DNA of 63,705 nt, counting the filler, from Octopus bimaculoides (lineage: Eukaryota), in the NCBI RefSeq assembly GCF_001194135.2. It is 6 parts of 5 records of this genome, joined end to end, with 100 filler letters (N's around TTAATTAATTAA, not from the genome) between each part and the next. Parts side by side here need not be neighbours in the genome. Positions count along the whole stretch, not along the records: positions 1 to 21,743 come from NC_068985.1; positions 21,844 to 36,303 come from NC_068987.1; 4 more parts are not named here. One strand, 5' to 3'. A program made the translations under genes and the position numbers. Below are positions 10,832 through 22,759 of this stretch, piece by piece. The notes beneath the pieces are model-generated. The model ran no database searches. It saw only the letters and a program-made list of their open reading frames with translations, and was not told the DNA's origin. Position 1 is the stretch's first letter; each line of letters opens with the position of its first letter.

Positions 10832-13800
10832 ACAATCAAAAGTTCTATTGATTACTGGCTTTCTATTCTCTTTCAATTTATGTGTGCGTGTGTGTGTGTG
10901 CGTACATGTATGCATGCATGTGTGTGTCCATCTGTCTGTCCTCTGATACATTTGCATTACTCTTAGGTTGACTATATGAAACTATTAATCATTTTGGTTT
11001 TGCTCATTCCATACTCTTTCAAGTTCCAGATATACTAGGAGAGTGTAGACAGAATTTTTATGTTTCTAAATCAGGAGCAAGTGTGTGTTTAATGTGCTTG
11101 CTCATGTTTTTGTGAGCCAAATATAGATTTTCTCATTTCCATCTACCACCACCAACATCCTATCTCGATACACCAATGCACTCAGGTAATGTGTTTGCCT
11201 TTTTCTTTACATGTATGACTATTTCTGTTGTTTCTAACCATCAAGAGTTAATGTTAACAGAGAAACTATAACATTGACGAACAAAAGTCAATGTAAGAGT
11301 CTGTAGGTGGTTTCTGCATCTGCTAGAAATCACACTCTACTGTCTTAAAAAGAAAGGACACATTTGATTATATAGTCTTAGATAGTTTATGTCTAAATAA
11401 AAGCTACAATGGTGATGAATGGAAAATTTTTGATAACAAGGCTAATGGATCAGGATTAATCTGGGGTTAAACAATAACCAAGATGTCTTACTTGTGTCAT
11501 CTTGCTCTCTGCACTCCACAGTATATTGCTGCAGCTGTCTTCCCCTCCATTGAACCATAAAGGTTTCCTCTGCCAAGTCCACTGAATCCAGTCTTCACAT
11601 GTATAGGTAGGCAAACCCTAATATTAACCATTATCTGGGACCCTGACACGTGCTGCTTCTCCAAGTCAGAGTAGACCTAGGAGCAATAGTGGCTAAGAGA
11701 TGGTTCTACACTCTGTGAAAACCCTGAGGTCTCCTGAACCAGAGCCCCACCACTGGATGCAGTTTAAAGTCATACAAATATAACGGTGTATACATACACA
11801 CATCTGCATATTCATATATAGCTATTTGGGCAAGGTAAAATGCAGTAGGAATAATATGGAGGTTGTAGGAAGTTGTGTGAGGGTTAGTAGTGGTGTGCTA
11901 TTATATGTGTGGGTTAAAGACATTTCTTACAAGGGAGGAGTTTCTGTCTGCAGAATGAGATTAACTCAGTTTTGAAATTAATGTTTTATTTGCTGAAGAG
12001 AACTGCTTTCCTTTCTGTGATGGAGAGGGAACAGAATTTAGAGCCTGAAGTTTAATATCCAAGTAATGGAATGTGAAGTGTTGGAGTGTTTCAAGTTTTC
12101 CAAATGTGGTTACCTGGCTTCATGTTAGATTTTTCTGTAAATATTTCTAAATGTGTGTTCAGATGTTGCTTAAAGCAAACTTTGAATTTGTTTGGAGTTA
12201 GGTCAAGGATTTGTCTATTTGAAGAGCATATGGTTACGTTAACAGCATATACTATGTTATGGTGAAGGTATTTGTAGTTGAGTGGATAGTGGAGTTAGAA
12301 TCAAGTGTTGAGGATTTCTTGGAATGAGTTACGTTTCTTTACAATTTATATTGGATAAAACTGGACAAGATTTAGGATTGTTGAAGACTTTCATAAACTG
12401 ATCCAACAATTCAATTCATCTGTAATTGGTCTTTCTTGTGTATTTCTTTTGCTTTAGAGGCAGTTGATGATAATGTGCTACTTATTGGATACAAAAAGTT
12501 CTTATACTATCTGATTATATCAGTAATTAGCACATACTCTGCTTCAGATATTCTAAGCATCTCTATGGCTATTTCTTATAAACTAGTCTGCCTTTTCTGT
12601 TCTCATAGTCCTTAATTGCACATAGCAACTATACTGTTGTCAACTTCATTGGTTGATCTCTTTCTTGTTGTAGATCCATAAAACATAAAAGCAGAAACAC
12701 TGATTCCAAAGGAATTCTTTGTAATTTCACAATTTCACATGCCAACCAATTCACCACTATCTCAGCACAAGACATGAACATTATACATGTCAGAAATCTA
12801 CCTCTTCAAATAATGGAAATGTAAGGATAAAGAGAAATCCTGTTAAACACTCTCACATAAGTTCGGAGTCATGCAAATCCACTGAGGTAAGTGAACTAGT
12901 TGGCCTATTTTAATTATACACTCTAAACACTAAATCACCATTTGTTGAAGGAGGCCTTTACATGAACGAAAGCTTCCTCATTATCAAAAACATGAATCCC
13001 TGAGCCACAAACATATTCATGAGGGCTTCTCTGCTGAAAGGCTCCAATGTGAAAATCTGAATAAATACCAACATAGAAAAAGTGTATAATTAATTTACTC
13101 TAGACTGTAATAACTCCCAATACACACCTTGCAAAAATTTTATTTTGAAAATCTAACAAAATAACCCAACATACATACATCTTTCAATGATATAACCCTC
13201 CATAAGCAACAAACCCAAGAAATATTTTCTTCAAAGCTTGCCTTAATAAAAATGAATACTCATACAATATCCTTATACTAAGTGATTCCAAAGAACACAT
13301 CAAATCCATCCCATCTCAAAACAAGCTTAAAACTAAGAATAGAAAAATGAAAATCACCTAGTATAACTCACCATGCAATTTACAAGTAACCACAACCAAT
13401 ATTAAATGTTTTGGCAAGGTTTTTATGGCTGGATGCCCTTCCTATACATACACATACATATATACACATATGTGTGAATGGATAAATAGAGGTTGTGTGC
13501 ATATGTAGTTGTCTTATCATATGTTATTGGTTTAACTTTGCCTTTCATATTTTAAGAGCAAGGATATACAAGTTCTATTTAAGAAAATAGATATCAGCCA
13601 TGTGCTGTGGATGTCAATGCAATCAACAGTACACCAATAATTTTATACAATAATAAAAACTAATACACACGCACACATACACACACACTCATATGTAATT
13701 AAAAACACGGAAGTCTTTTCTCAGTCTGTAACCATGTAATAATAACATTATGAGCTACCAAGTAGCATTAAATACAGTGTTACCCAGTTTAACACCACTA

Positions 13801-16466
13801 CAAAATCTGATCCTTGGATGCCTTTAACACAGTTCATTCTGTTGCAAGCATTTCAGCCAGATCTCTGGTCTGAGAATAAATTCCTTCTTTCTTGCTTTCC
13901 TCCCACCTGTCTCAGTGGCCCGAAAAAGATCATGGGTTCTGCCCTTCCTCCTTGGACTAAGCAATATAAGAAAAATATAAAAAAGCCATTACATATTTGT
14001 TTTCATTTAGGATTACATATCATTTATTATGATGTTGCATTTGATATTATTTATTATTACGTAGCATTAGACACCATTTGTTGTCATGCAGTATATTAGA
14101 TACTATTTGCTAGTGTCTTAATTAACAAGGAGAGGATTTTTGTGTAGTTGCACAACCTTCTAGAAATAACAGATCGTACACCTACATAGAAGCTTTCTCT
14201 CTCTCTTTCCTATTTTCCCAAGTCACACCCTATTGTCTTGGATAATGTATTCTTAGACCCACTAGGTCTGAAACATAAGTGATAACCATGAATGGAATGC
14301 TTTTAATTATAGGTCTACTTGACCAAAGCCTATATGAAGCTTAAAAAAAGAAAGCATCAACCAGTCCTGTTCACCCTTCAAGCAATTTTCAAAATATTCC
14401 CATAATAGTGGGATACAACAAGCAATTGTAAGCCTGAAGCCTCAGAAATTCCAGAATAATGTCATTTTTTAAATTTGGATGTCTCTATTTGAGGTTAGTC
14501 TGCTACTGTTCTTTTCATCTGTTATAATTCCATCAATATTTACCATTCTATTAGTTTGTTACTGTTCTATTGATCTGTTACTATTCCATCTATATGTTAC
14601 CATTCTATCAGTAATTTTTCAATTAAGGACAATCAGAACAAATAATAGTAATGTTCTCTCCTTCTTAGAAGAATCAATGAAAATTGCTACGAATCTAGAG
14701 AAAACATACCATAAAGTGACACCTTTCAAACACTCATAAACAACACACAACTCAAAGCATCATTGATCTTATAAATGCTGAATTCTTATCTAATTTCAAA
14801 TTTTGGCCCAAGGCTAGCAATTTCAGAGGGGTGATAGTTGATTACATTGACCCCAGTGCTCAACTGGTCCTTGTTTTATCAACCCTGAAAGGATGAAAAG
14901 TCGACCTTAGCAAAAACTGAACTCAGAACATAAAGCCCAACAAAATGCCACCAAGCATTTTGCCCTGCATGCTAACAACTCAGCCATCTCACTACCTTGA
15001 GTTCTTATCTAATTGAAGTATTGGCTGGTCGTTGTAGATATGAAAGAATCCAAAAGCCCAACATATATTTTAATCCTAAACCTCTACTGTCCTGTTTTAC
15101 AAAATGGTAAATATGTCTTGCATTAGAATACTGCACACATATAGATTCACATACACACCCATATTCAAGACCACATCAAAGAAAACCCACTTGACTTACT
15201 GCCCTTCACTTATTAACGCAACTATCTGGATCTCTATGAAATCACCAAATACTATCTACAAATATCTCTTGTATTCACTGTTACTCTCAAACAGTATTAT
15301 TTGTTTCAGCATCCTGTACAATACATGGGTACATCCACCTCTATGTACTCATAATTCATACTCAGTAACTGAAACTAAATACAGGAATCCCTTGCTTTAT
15401 GGAAGTAATGTGTTCCTGAAAATCTGGCTGTAATGCAAATTGCATAATGCGAAATCAATTTTCATACTGATTTTCATATTATCAAGTGAGATTGTGTTCC
15501 TAAGAAAATAACAGAGAACAAGCGATATGATTGCCTTGATACATGAAAATAACAAATTCTAAACATACACAGTACAATATAGACACATAAAACACAAAAA
15601 CATTTTCAAAAGAATACATTAGGGAATTAATAAGAATTGTAATATTGTAAGAGTACATTCTTATCACAAAAGATGTTGACTACTGTGTGAGGTGGGGGTG
15701 GAGTGAAGAAAAAAGCGTTACTAGGAGGATGAGAGACAATATTTACAATGTTATAATTCATTATCACCAACATCAGCTTGAGGGGTGAAGAACTTATCCA
15801 AAGTTGTTTCTTGTTTATGGTGCATCATCTCTTTCTACAGCACAGTATAGGAACTGAGATCATTGTAAATTCCTTTTGTAAGTTTTGTTATGTTCATAAT
15901 TGGAATCATTATCAGCAAAAACCTACACACTTTCCTCTATAAGTGCCAAACATTAAGGAATAATTTTTGCAGTCAATTTAAGTGGTGCATCACAATATCC
16001 TTCTGAATTTGATGTAGACTTTCTGCTTGAGTTTCTGAGTTTCTGTAAGAGCAAAATTACTGACCATATCCCAAAAGGAAGGAAGGAAGGAAGGAAGGGA
16101 GGGAGGGAGGNNNNNNNNNNNNNNNNNNNNNNNNNNNNNNNNNNNNNNNNNNNNNNNNNNNNNNNNNNNNNNNNNNNNNNNNNNNNNNNNNNNNNNNNNN
16201 NNNNNNNNNNNNNNNNNNNNNNNNNNNNNNNNNNNNNNNNNNNNNNNNNNNNNNNNNNNNNNNNNNNNNNNNNNNNNNNNNNNNNNNNNNNNNNNNNNNN
16301 NNNNNNNNNNNNNNNNNNNNNNNNNNNNNNNNNNNNNNNNNNNNNNNNNNNNNNNNNNNNNNNNNNNNNNNNNNNNNNNNNNNNNNNNNNNNNNNNNNNN
16401 NNNNNNNNNNNNNNNNNNNNNNNNNNNNNNNNNNNNNNNNNNNNNNNNNNNNNNNNNNNNNNNNNN

Positions 16467-16700
16467 TGGCAACGATCTTACTTGGCTTGCCGGGTCTTCT
16501 CACGCACAGCCCATTTCCAAAGGTCTCGGTCCGTAGTCATCGCCTCGGTGAGGCCCAATGTACGAAGGTCTTGCCTCACCACCTCAGCCCAGGTCTTCCT
16601 GGGCCTACCTCTTCCACGGGTTCCCTCAACTGTTAGGGTGTGGCACTTTTTCACGCAGCTATCCTCCTCCATTCTCACCACATGTCCATACCAGCGCAAT
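16467..16700 (-). mobile_element. RTE-clade LINE, 3' end of ORF
   Basis: LRWYGHVVRMEEDSCVKKCHTLTVEGTRGRGRPRKTW is the typical RTE C-terminus (LRWxGHVxRM...RxRGRPRxxW). Confidence 0.9.
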
Positions 16701-17171
16701 TGGTTTGAATTAATCAGGTATTATCTTGTATCTTTGACATATCGATGATGTGATTGCTTATCTTTAGAATAATATTGTAGGTAGGTGAGAGAGGCCAGAT
16801 CTGGCCAGTTTGAAAATAATACAGGTAAGTTATTTTGGCTGGATATGACTGGTTTAAGTGCTAAAGGGTTAAAGTAAGAAGTTTGTATCCTAAAACCAAG
16901 AACAGTCCCAAGCAGGTTAGTATCAAAAGAGTTACAAGTGTCAAACCACATGTTTTTAGCTCCTAAACTTCAAAACATCATGCTCCATGAATCAAATAAA
17001 GTAGAAAAAAGACTAACCTTTTGTAGAAATACCAGTGAAATGGATCTCTTGATCAGTTAAATTTGAGTTATAAGTTAGCTCAAGCAGAGCTGGTCAAAGT
17101 TAGCCAAAAAATAACAGCTATTATATCATTGCTACTAAGTTGTACCTAAAAATAAGGAAAATATTTTATAC

Positions 17172-17597
17172 CTTCTGACGTGCATACAAAACTTCTTGTT
17201 TGATAGTTTCCAAGTTATGTTGCAGCGTTTTGTCTCGCATGTTAATCTCAGCCAAGCCCTTGCTCAAATTATCGGATTCTATTTTTACATTTTTCAATTC
17301 TACTGGAATTACAGATGTCTTATCTTGGATGTTTTCAATCTGTGCAGTCAGATCACTTAACATATGTTTGATCTGTGATTGTTTCTTTTCAAAATTGAAC
17401 TGAGTCTTCTTGAAGGCTGCAACATCAGCCATTGTTTTTTCCATGTTCAAAATGAGGCTCTCTACTTTTCGGTTCAGTTTGTTCATCTCCATTTCTTGCT
17501 GCACTTTACTGTTTTGTAGCTCATCGATTATTTGAGATTTTGTCTTTGATGCCTTCTCAGCCTCCAATCGCATCTCACTGACCTTTTGTCGAATTTC
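17172..17597 (-). CDS. PAN/coiled-coil gene, exon EIRQKVSEMRLEAEK...LYARQK (142 codons)
   Basis: Acceptor ttttattctccttgaaag| and donor AAG|gtataa, phase 0-0. Long heptad-like ORF. Confidence 0.88.
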
Positions 17598-18145
17598 CTT
17601 TCAAGGAGAATAAAATGGAAGAAAATTATTAAAAGAGAAAGGAGGAGGAGAATGTAAAAATATTCTTGTATCAGTCATAATCATGAAATGTGAGTGGTTT
17701 AGTAGATAGGGAATAGGACAACCAGCTAGGAGGTCAATGGATCACATATATACACACACATACAATCAGCAACAGTCCCTGTCTCTTAAGAGTAGAACAT
17801 GAGAATTTCATGTTGCTTTGTTTTAACTTTACATCCACCTCTTGTTTCTTAAATCAACAGCATGCAACCATAAGACTCTCTCCAACCCACACTTTATCAT
17901 CTACCTAATCCACTCACAAGGCTATAGTAAAAGACACTTGCCCAAAGTGTTGCACAGTAGGATTGAACCCCAAACCACATGGTCAGGAAGCAAACTTCTT
18001 AGCTGTATAGCCACACATCCATCTCACAGTCAAACCTGCATCTTTGACACTATATCTATATAAAAGATGCTAGACTCCTTTTAATCATAGTTCTGCTGGA
18101 TCAACGAAAGCCTAGGTCAAAACAACAACAAAAAAGTGTCCTTAC

Positions 18146-18279
18146 ATCAAAATCTTCTATGTCTTCTCTCAGCTGATTGACTTTACTCTGCAGAGCTTCA
18201 AGTTTACGCTGGGTGCCCTCACTCATTCCTTTGTACAACTTATTGTAGTCTTTAGTTTCGGTAGTGACATCTATGGCTG
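18146..18279 (-). CDS. PAN/coiled-coil gene, exon AIDVTTETKDYNKLY...DIEDFD (5' boundary 18279, or ATG at 18331 in an alternative model)
   Basis: Donor GAT|gtaagg. Acceptor gttattgtttggcctttattag| in phase 1. In-frame ATG at 18331 gives a hydrophobic N-terminus. Confidence 0.8.
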
Positions 18280-18807
18280 CTAATAAAGGCCAAACAATAA
18301 CATGGATTAAATGCAGTGCAACATAAAACATTATCCCCCAAATATTATTATCATCATTATCAACATTATTTTCATATTCAACATTATTGCCATCATCAAC
18401 ATTGTTTTCATCATCACCTTCAACCACATTGTTATAATAAGCACCATATTCATCATAATCATCATCATTAGAAACAAGTCAACAAGAAAGGCCTTTATGC
18501 GGTCGCTGAATCTGCTAGAAATAGCAACCAACTCTTTTCTTACATCCTACCATCTAAAACAGGAAAAGACACACTAAATAATGTAGTCCTGTATTCCTCT
18601 AAAAAGACAGGGTGGTCACTACAAGAATACCTTTGGTTACAGTCTAAAGTTGACCTGGTGCTAAACATCATCATCATCATCATAAACAGACCCAACAATA
18701 AAACCTACAATTCAATCATCATTCTGTTAGCAAATATTTTTGTTTCTTTTTTTTTTTAATTTACATGTTGAGAAAAAAAATTTATTAAAACAGCAGATAT
18801 TTCTTAC

Positions 18808-18822
18808 TTGCAATGAATTCAA
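18808..18822 (-). CDS. Candidate 15-nt micro-exon (VEFIA in phase 1-1)
   Basis: aatttcttctttccag|TTGAATTCATTGCAA|gtaaga. It keeps frame between the PAN exon and the first coiled-coil exon. Confidence 0.5.
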
Positions 18823-19007
18823 CTGGAAAGAAGAAATTCCTAGAGGCAGACCTTAAAGTTTAACAAAAGTAAGAGGTATACCACAAGTCTGATATTACAA
18901 TACTATTATGAACAATAAAGATTTCTTTTTGTTTTCTGTCACAGTGCATTGAATGAAGAGGACATTATGAAACCAGGTTAAATAAAGTGTTGGGGTTTAC
19001 ATAGAAA

Positions 19008-19330
19008 TCATATAAGGGGAGAAAAAAACTGAATGAGATAAAAAGGATGACACAATCCTCCTGATGTATGAGAATCTCTAACAAGGATCAGCCAAGGAGC
19101 TCCACAAATCAATATCACCCTGAGCACCACGAGCAGGTACCCTTTCCTACTCTGAGCAGATTCATTCATTCTTACCATTTTTAATGTCTCCAACCTATTA
19201 GCAAATTTCCTGGAGAAGAAAATCTCCAACTTCACCCACATGCCCCTTTCAAAATGGAACTTGAAAAAATCAATGAGGACTTCACTGAAGGAGAAAGAGC
19301 CTGTCTTCAATTGTTTCAGTCTCATCTACC
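19008..19330 (-). mobile_element. Decayed CR1/L2-type LINE reverse transcriptase fragment
   Basis: LIDFFKFHF...MVRMNESAQSRKGYLLVVLRVILICGAPWL loosely follows LDFSKAFD...QRVRVNxxxS...SGVPQGSVLGP. Confidence 0.5.
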
Positions 19331-19390
19331 TCACAACCTCTTTCGCCATGGTCATCAGACAAAGGAAAACTATCTACCCTTCCAAATTAA

Positions 19391-19599
19391 CCCTTTAACA
19401 TTTGAATTGGCCATATCTAGCCCAAACCTGTTTTATGTTTAAACTAGCCAGATCTGGCCTCTCACACATACTCTACAATGCCAGTCTAAAAATAATCAAT
19501 CATATTGTCAAAATCTTGACCCTACAAGATAATACATAATTCAAAACAATGTGAATAAATGAACATTACATATGACAGTGTAATACAAATGCTAAAGAG
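19391..19599. mobile_element. piggyBac-like MITE (TTAA TSD, CCCTTTARCATT TIR)
   Basis: TTAA|CCCTTTAACATT ... AATGCTAAAGAG|TTAA. Sister copies at 21011-21213 and 16705-16868 (truncated). Confidence 0.8.
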
Positions 19600-20149
19600 T
19601 TAAAGGAGGACAGTGGGGCAATATTCATGATGGATTCAATTGACCGCTAGATTTGTCCAACACACAACAACAACTGTTTGGCATAACTTTTTAACTCATT
19701 AATACCTAGACACTGGAAAAGTTCATGCAGAATGGTTTTCATCATGCTGCACATATCACAGATAGACTGCCAGGGTTAGAATGCCCTTCATTATAGATAT
19801 TTTCTATCAGAGCCAAATTGGATTAAACAGCTACAATATCAACAACAAAAATATTAGTGCGTTTATGTGTTTAGATGTATGTATGTTTATGTATGCATTA
19901 TTTAGAAGTGAGGTCAGCCTGGAGGTATAGTAGAAAATACTTGCCCATGGTTCCATGTTGTGGGACTTAACCTAAAATCACATGGCTGGGAAGCAAACTT
20001 CTTAACCACACAGATGCGCATGCATGTGTTCATTCATGTTCATGCATGCATGTATGTGTGCATGTGTGTGTGCATGCATGAATTCTTTCAAAGTAAGCCA
20101 TCACCCTAGCGTCAATTGAAAATACAGAAAAGTTTTAGGTCATATCTAC

Positions 20150-20350
20150 CTCCTGCACTTTTGTCTCTTGATCTGCCCGAAACTTGCATATTAAGGTGAA
20201 TGGTGGAGGACAGGTAACACTTCCCTGATTGCTTGTCAAAGTTGAAGAATTTGCATTTGATTGTCGTTTCTGAATCACAGGCTTTGGCACAAGTATCCCG
20301 AGTAAACTTGCCTCGCTTCACAATTCCATTACTGGTGTTTCCCATACAAA
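20150..20350 (-). CDS. PAN/apple domain exon (201 nt, phase 1-1)
   Basis: CMGNTSNG...TCAKACDSETTIKCKFFNFDKQSGKCYLSS has the PAN CxxxC...C+xFxF...CxL pattern. Acceptor ctttcttctctgacaactcactgtag|, donor G|gtagat. It could instead read through to TGA at 20112. Confidence 0.8.
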
Positions 20351-21010
20351 CTACAGTGAGTTGTCAGAGAAGAAAGGAAGAAAGATCATTTACATCTAAA
20401 TATATATACATATGTGCTAGCATGGAAAGCAGACGTTGAACGATGATGATGATGATGATATGATGATGTGTATGTCTAAACATATACGCGTGTGTGTGCA
20501 TACATAAGCATGACAAAGAGAACATGGAAACAAAAGTAATGATGGTGACTGGATGTTTTCATTGCTTTCATCCTCTGTCCTTGTTGCCTCTTTGACACTC
20601 TGTGGCCTGCACTTCCCCATGGCTTCTTTGCCATCTTGACACTCATCTATCTCTCCTCCTGCCTCTGTAATCTTCTTGTTCTTCCTCTTTCACTGATCCC
20701 CTCCCCTACAGCCTCACTGCATCCTCAACATCCTCTTACCTTTCTCTTTCTATTGCACACTGCTCCCTCCACCACCCGCTCATATTCACCCATATAATGT
20801 GGGATAACAATAGATTGTTCCCTACTCATCTCATCACGCTCACCTTTATCATTCACTGTCCATCTGTCTGTCTGTCTGTCTCTCTCTCTCACACACACAC
20901 ACACACACTTATTTCTCTTCCATTACTCCCCATCCAGCACTGTCTCTTCTGTTACCCCTCCTTTACCACCTTCTGACGACAATAAATCTGTTCTTCCCAT
21001 CATACTTTAA

Positions 21011-21213
21011 CCCTTTAGCATTTAAACCTGCCATATCTGGCCATGTTCAAATTGGCCATATCCAGCCTCTCACAACAAACCTACAATGTCATTCTTAAAA
21101 ATAAACAATTGCATCATCGGAATCTTGAAGCTACATGATAATACATGTTTAATCCAAAACAATGTGAGTTTAATAAGCATTACATTTGACAGAATAATCT
21201 GAATGCTAAAGGG
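21011..21213. mobile_element. piggyBac-like MITE
   Basis: TTAA|CCCTTTAGCATT ... AATGCTAAAGGG|TTGA. Confidence 0.8.
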
Positions 21214-21392
21214 TTGACTCATCTTAACATCTTGATTTAAGCTCAGTTTATGTCATCATCCACCCTTCCATTTTTCCTGTTAGTCTTACAAGTTACAAGG
21301 TAACCCCTGTGGAGGCACATGGCTTAGTTGTTAGAGTGTTGAACACCAGGATTGCAAGGTTGAGGTTTTGATTCCTAGATTGAGTGACACTG

Positions 21393-21615
21393 CATGACAC
21401 TTTTTCACACAGCTGTCCTCGTTCATTCGCAACACATGACCCATACCAGCGCAGTTGTCTCTCTTGCACACTACATCTGATGCTTCTTAAATCCAACTTT
21501 TCTCTCAGGATGCTTACACTCTGTTGTGCATGCACACTGACATTACACATCCAGCGGATGTCCTCAGCAGTCATGGCCCATGTTTCATTGCCATGTAGCA
21601 TGGCTGTTCACACGG
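21393..21615 (-). mobile_element. RTE-clade LINE fragment
   Basis: MLHGNETWAMT...LREKLDLRSIRCSVQERQLRWYG. Same clade as 16467-16700. Confidence 0.85.
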
Positions 21616-21691
21616 TTATTAATAATAGTAATAATAATATAAGTTAGGATATTATAACACTTATATATACATATGCATATATATATACATA

Positions 21692-21743
<52 letters not shown>

Positions 21744-21926
21744 NNNNNNNNNNNNNNNNNNNNNNNNNNNNNNNNNNNNNNNNNNNNTTAATTAATTAAN
21801 NNNNNNNNNNNNNNNNNNNNNNNNNNNNNNNNNNNNNNNNNNNTTTTACATGCGTCTCTACTCTATACTGTTTTTTCATCCATCCTTTTCCCATTTCCTT
21901 TTTTTCCTCTTCACCGTTTTCTATCC

Positions 21927-21958
<32 letters not shown>

Positions 21959-21959
21959 G

Positions 21960-22300
21960 TATTTGTGTTTTCCCCTCTCTCGTTGCTCACATGTGACCAT
22001 CGTCCATCTTTCTTTTCCTCACGTGACCATCTTTCTTTTCCTGCCCGACGTTTTAAGGACAGCACATCTACCTCGCTCTTCTATCTTTTTCTCTTTTCGT
22101 TCGGTTTCCTTATATGTCGCGACTGTCCTGTGTTTTTCTAAAATCTGACCCTCCATAAATCCAAATTTTTATTTTGGAATTTATGGGAGTAACTGTCTTC
22201 GGAGACTCATATTCTGGTTGAATGCTCAAAATGAGGACTAGATAGACAGCCGGCAATCGATGAAGCGTCGTTCTCTGTGCTACTTGTCCTATTTTCCATT
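21960..22300 (-). repeat. Interspersed repeat with a diverged copy in opposite orientation at about 34480-34840
   Basis: Shared GTGACCATCGTCCATCTTTCYTTTCCTCACGTGAYCATCTTTCTTTTCCT and TGACCCTCC..AAATCCAA segments. Class not identified. Confidence 0.7.
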
Positions 22301-22759
22301 TTACTCTCGCTCATTGCATACTTAACTCGTTCATTTTCGTGCATAATGTTCTTTACATAGTGACGTCAACTAATAGAAACCTAGTGTGTTACTCCTCGTT
22401 GAGTAATTATTTCGATCTACACTCCTCACTATCTGACTTTCTTTACCGCTGTTTATTTCAGTTGCCGCTTTTCATCACCTGTTCCTAGAAATTTTGCTTT
22501 ATCTCTCTTTCATTCTCTCTCTCACCGTCTCTCTAACTCACTCTCTCCTCTCTTATTCTCTCTCTCTTGCTCTATCACCCAGCCATTTCCCTATTACTAT
22601 CATTTCGCTTACTTCATTGCTTAACATACCTTCTTTCCCCTCCTTAAAGTTGCAGCACATCGTATGACCTGACTACTAATGATGTTTCCATTTATAGCAT
22701 TACAAATAAAGGGGATTCCCAAAGGCACACATGTTCATCTGGCTTACACATACGACGTA

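Noticed and set aside
11820-13400. Possible ancient LINE ORF1/endonuclease (RLQCENLNKYQHRKSV resembles a decayed zinc knuckle)
   Set aside because: Too many stops and too little similarity to support without a profile search.
21788-21799. TTAATTAATTAA islands centred in 100-bp N gaps (also 36348-36359, 48992-49003, 59590-59601, 61057-61068)
   Set aside because: Identical 12-mer with stops in all six frames, always inside gaps of equal size. It is a scaffolding spacer, not biology.
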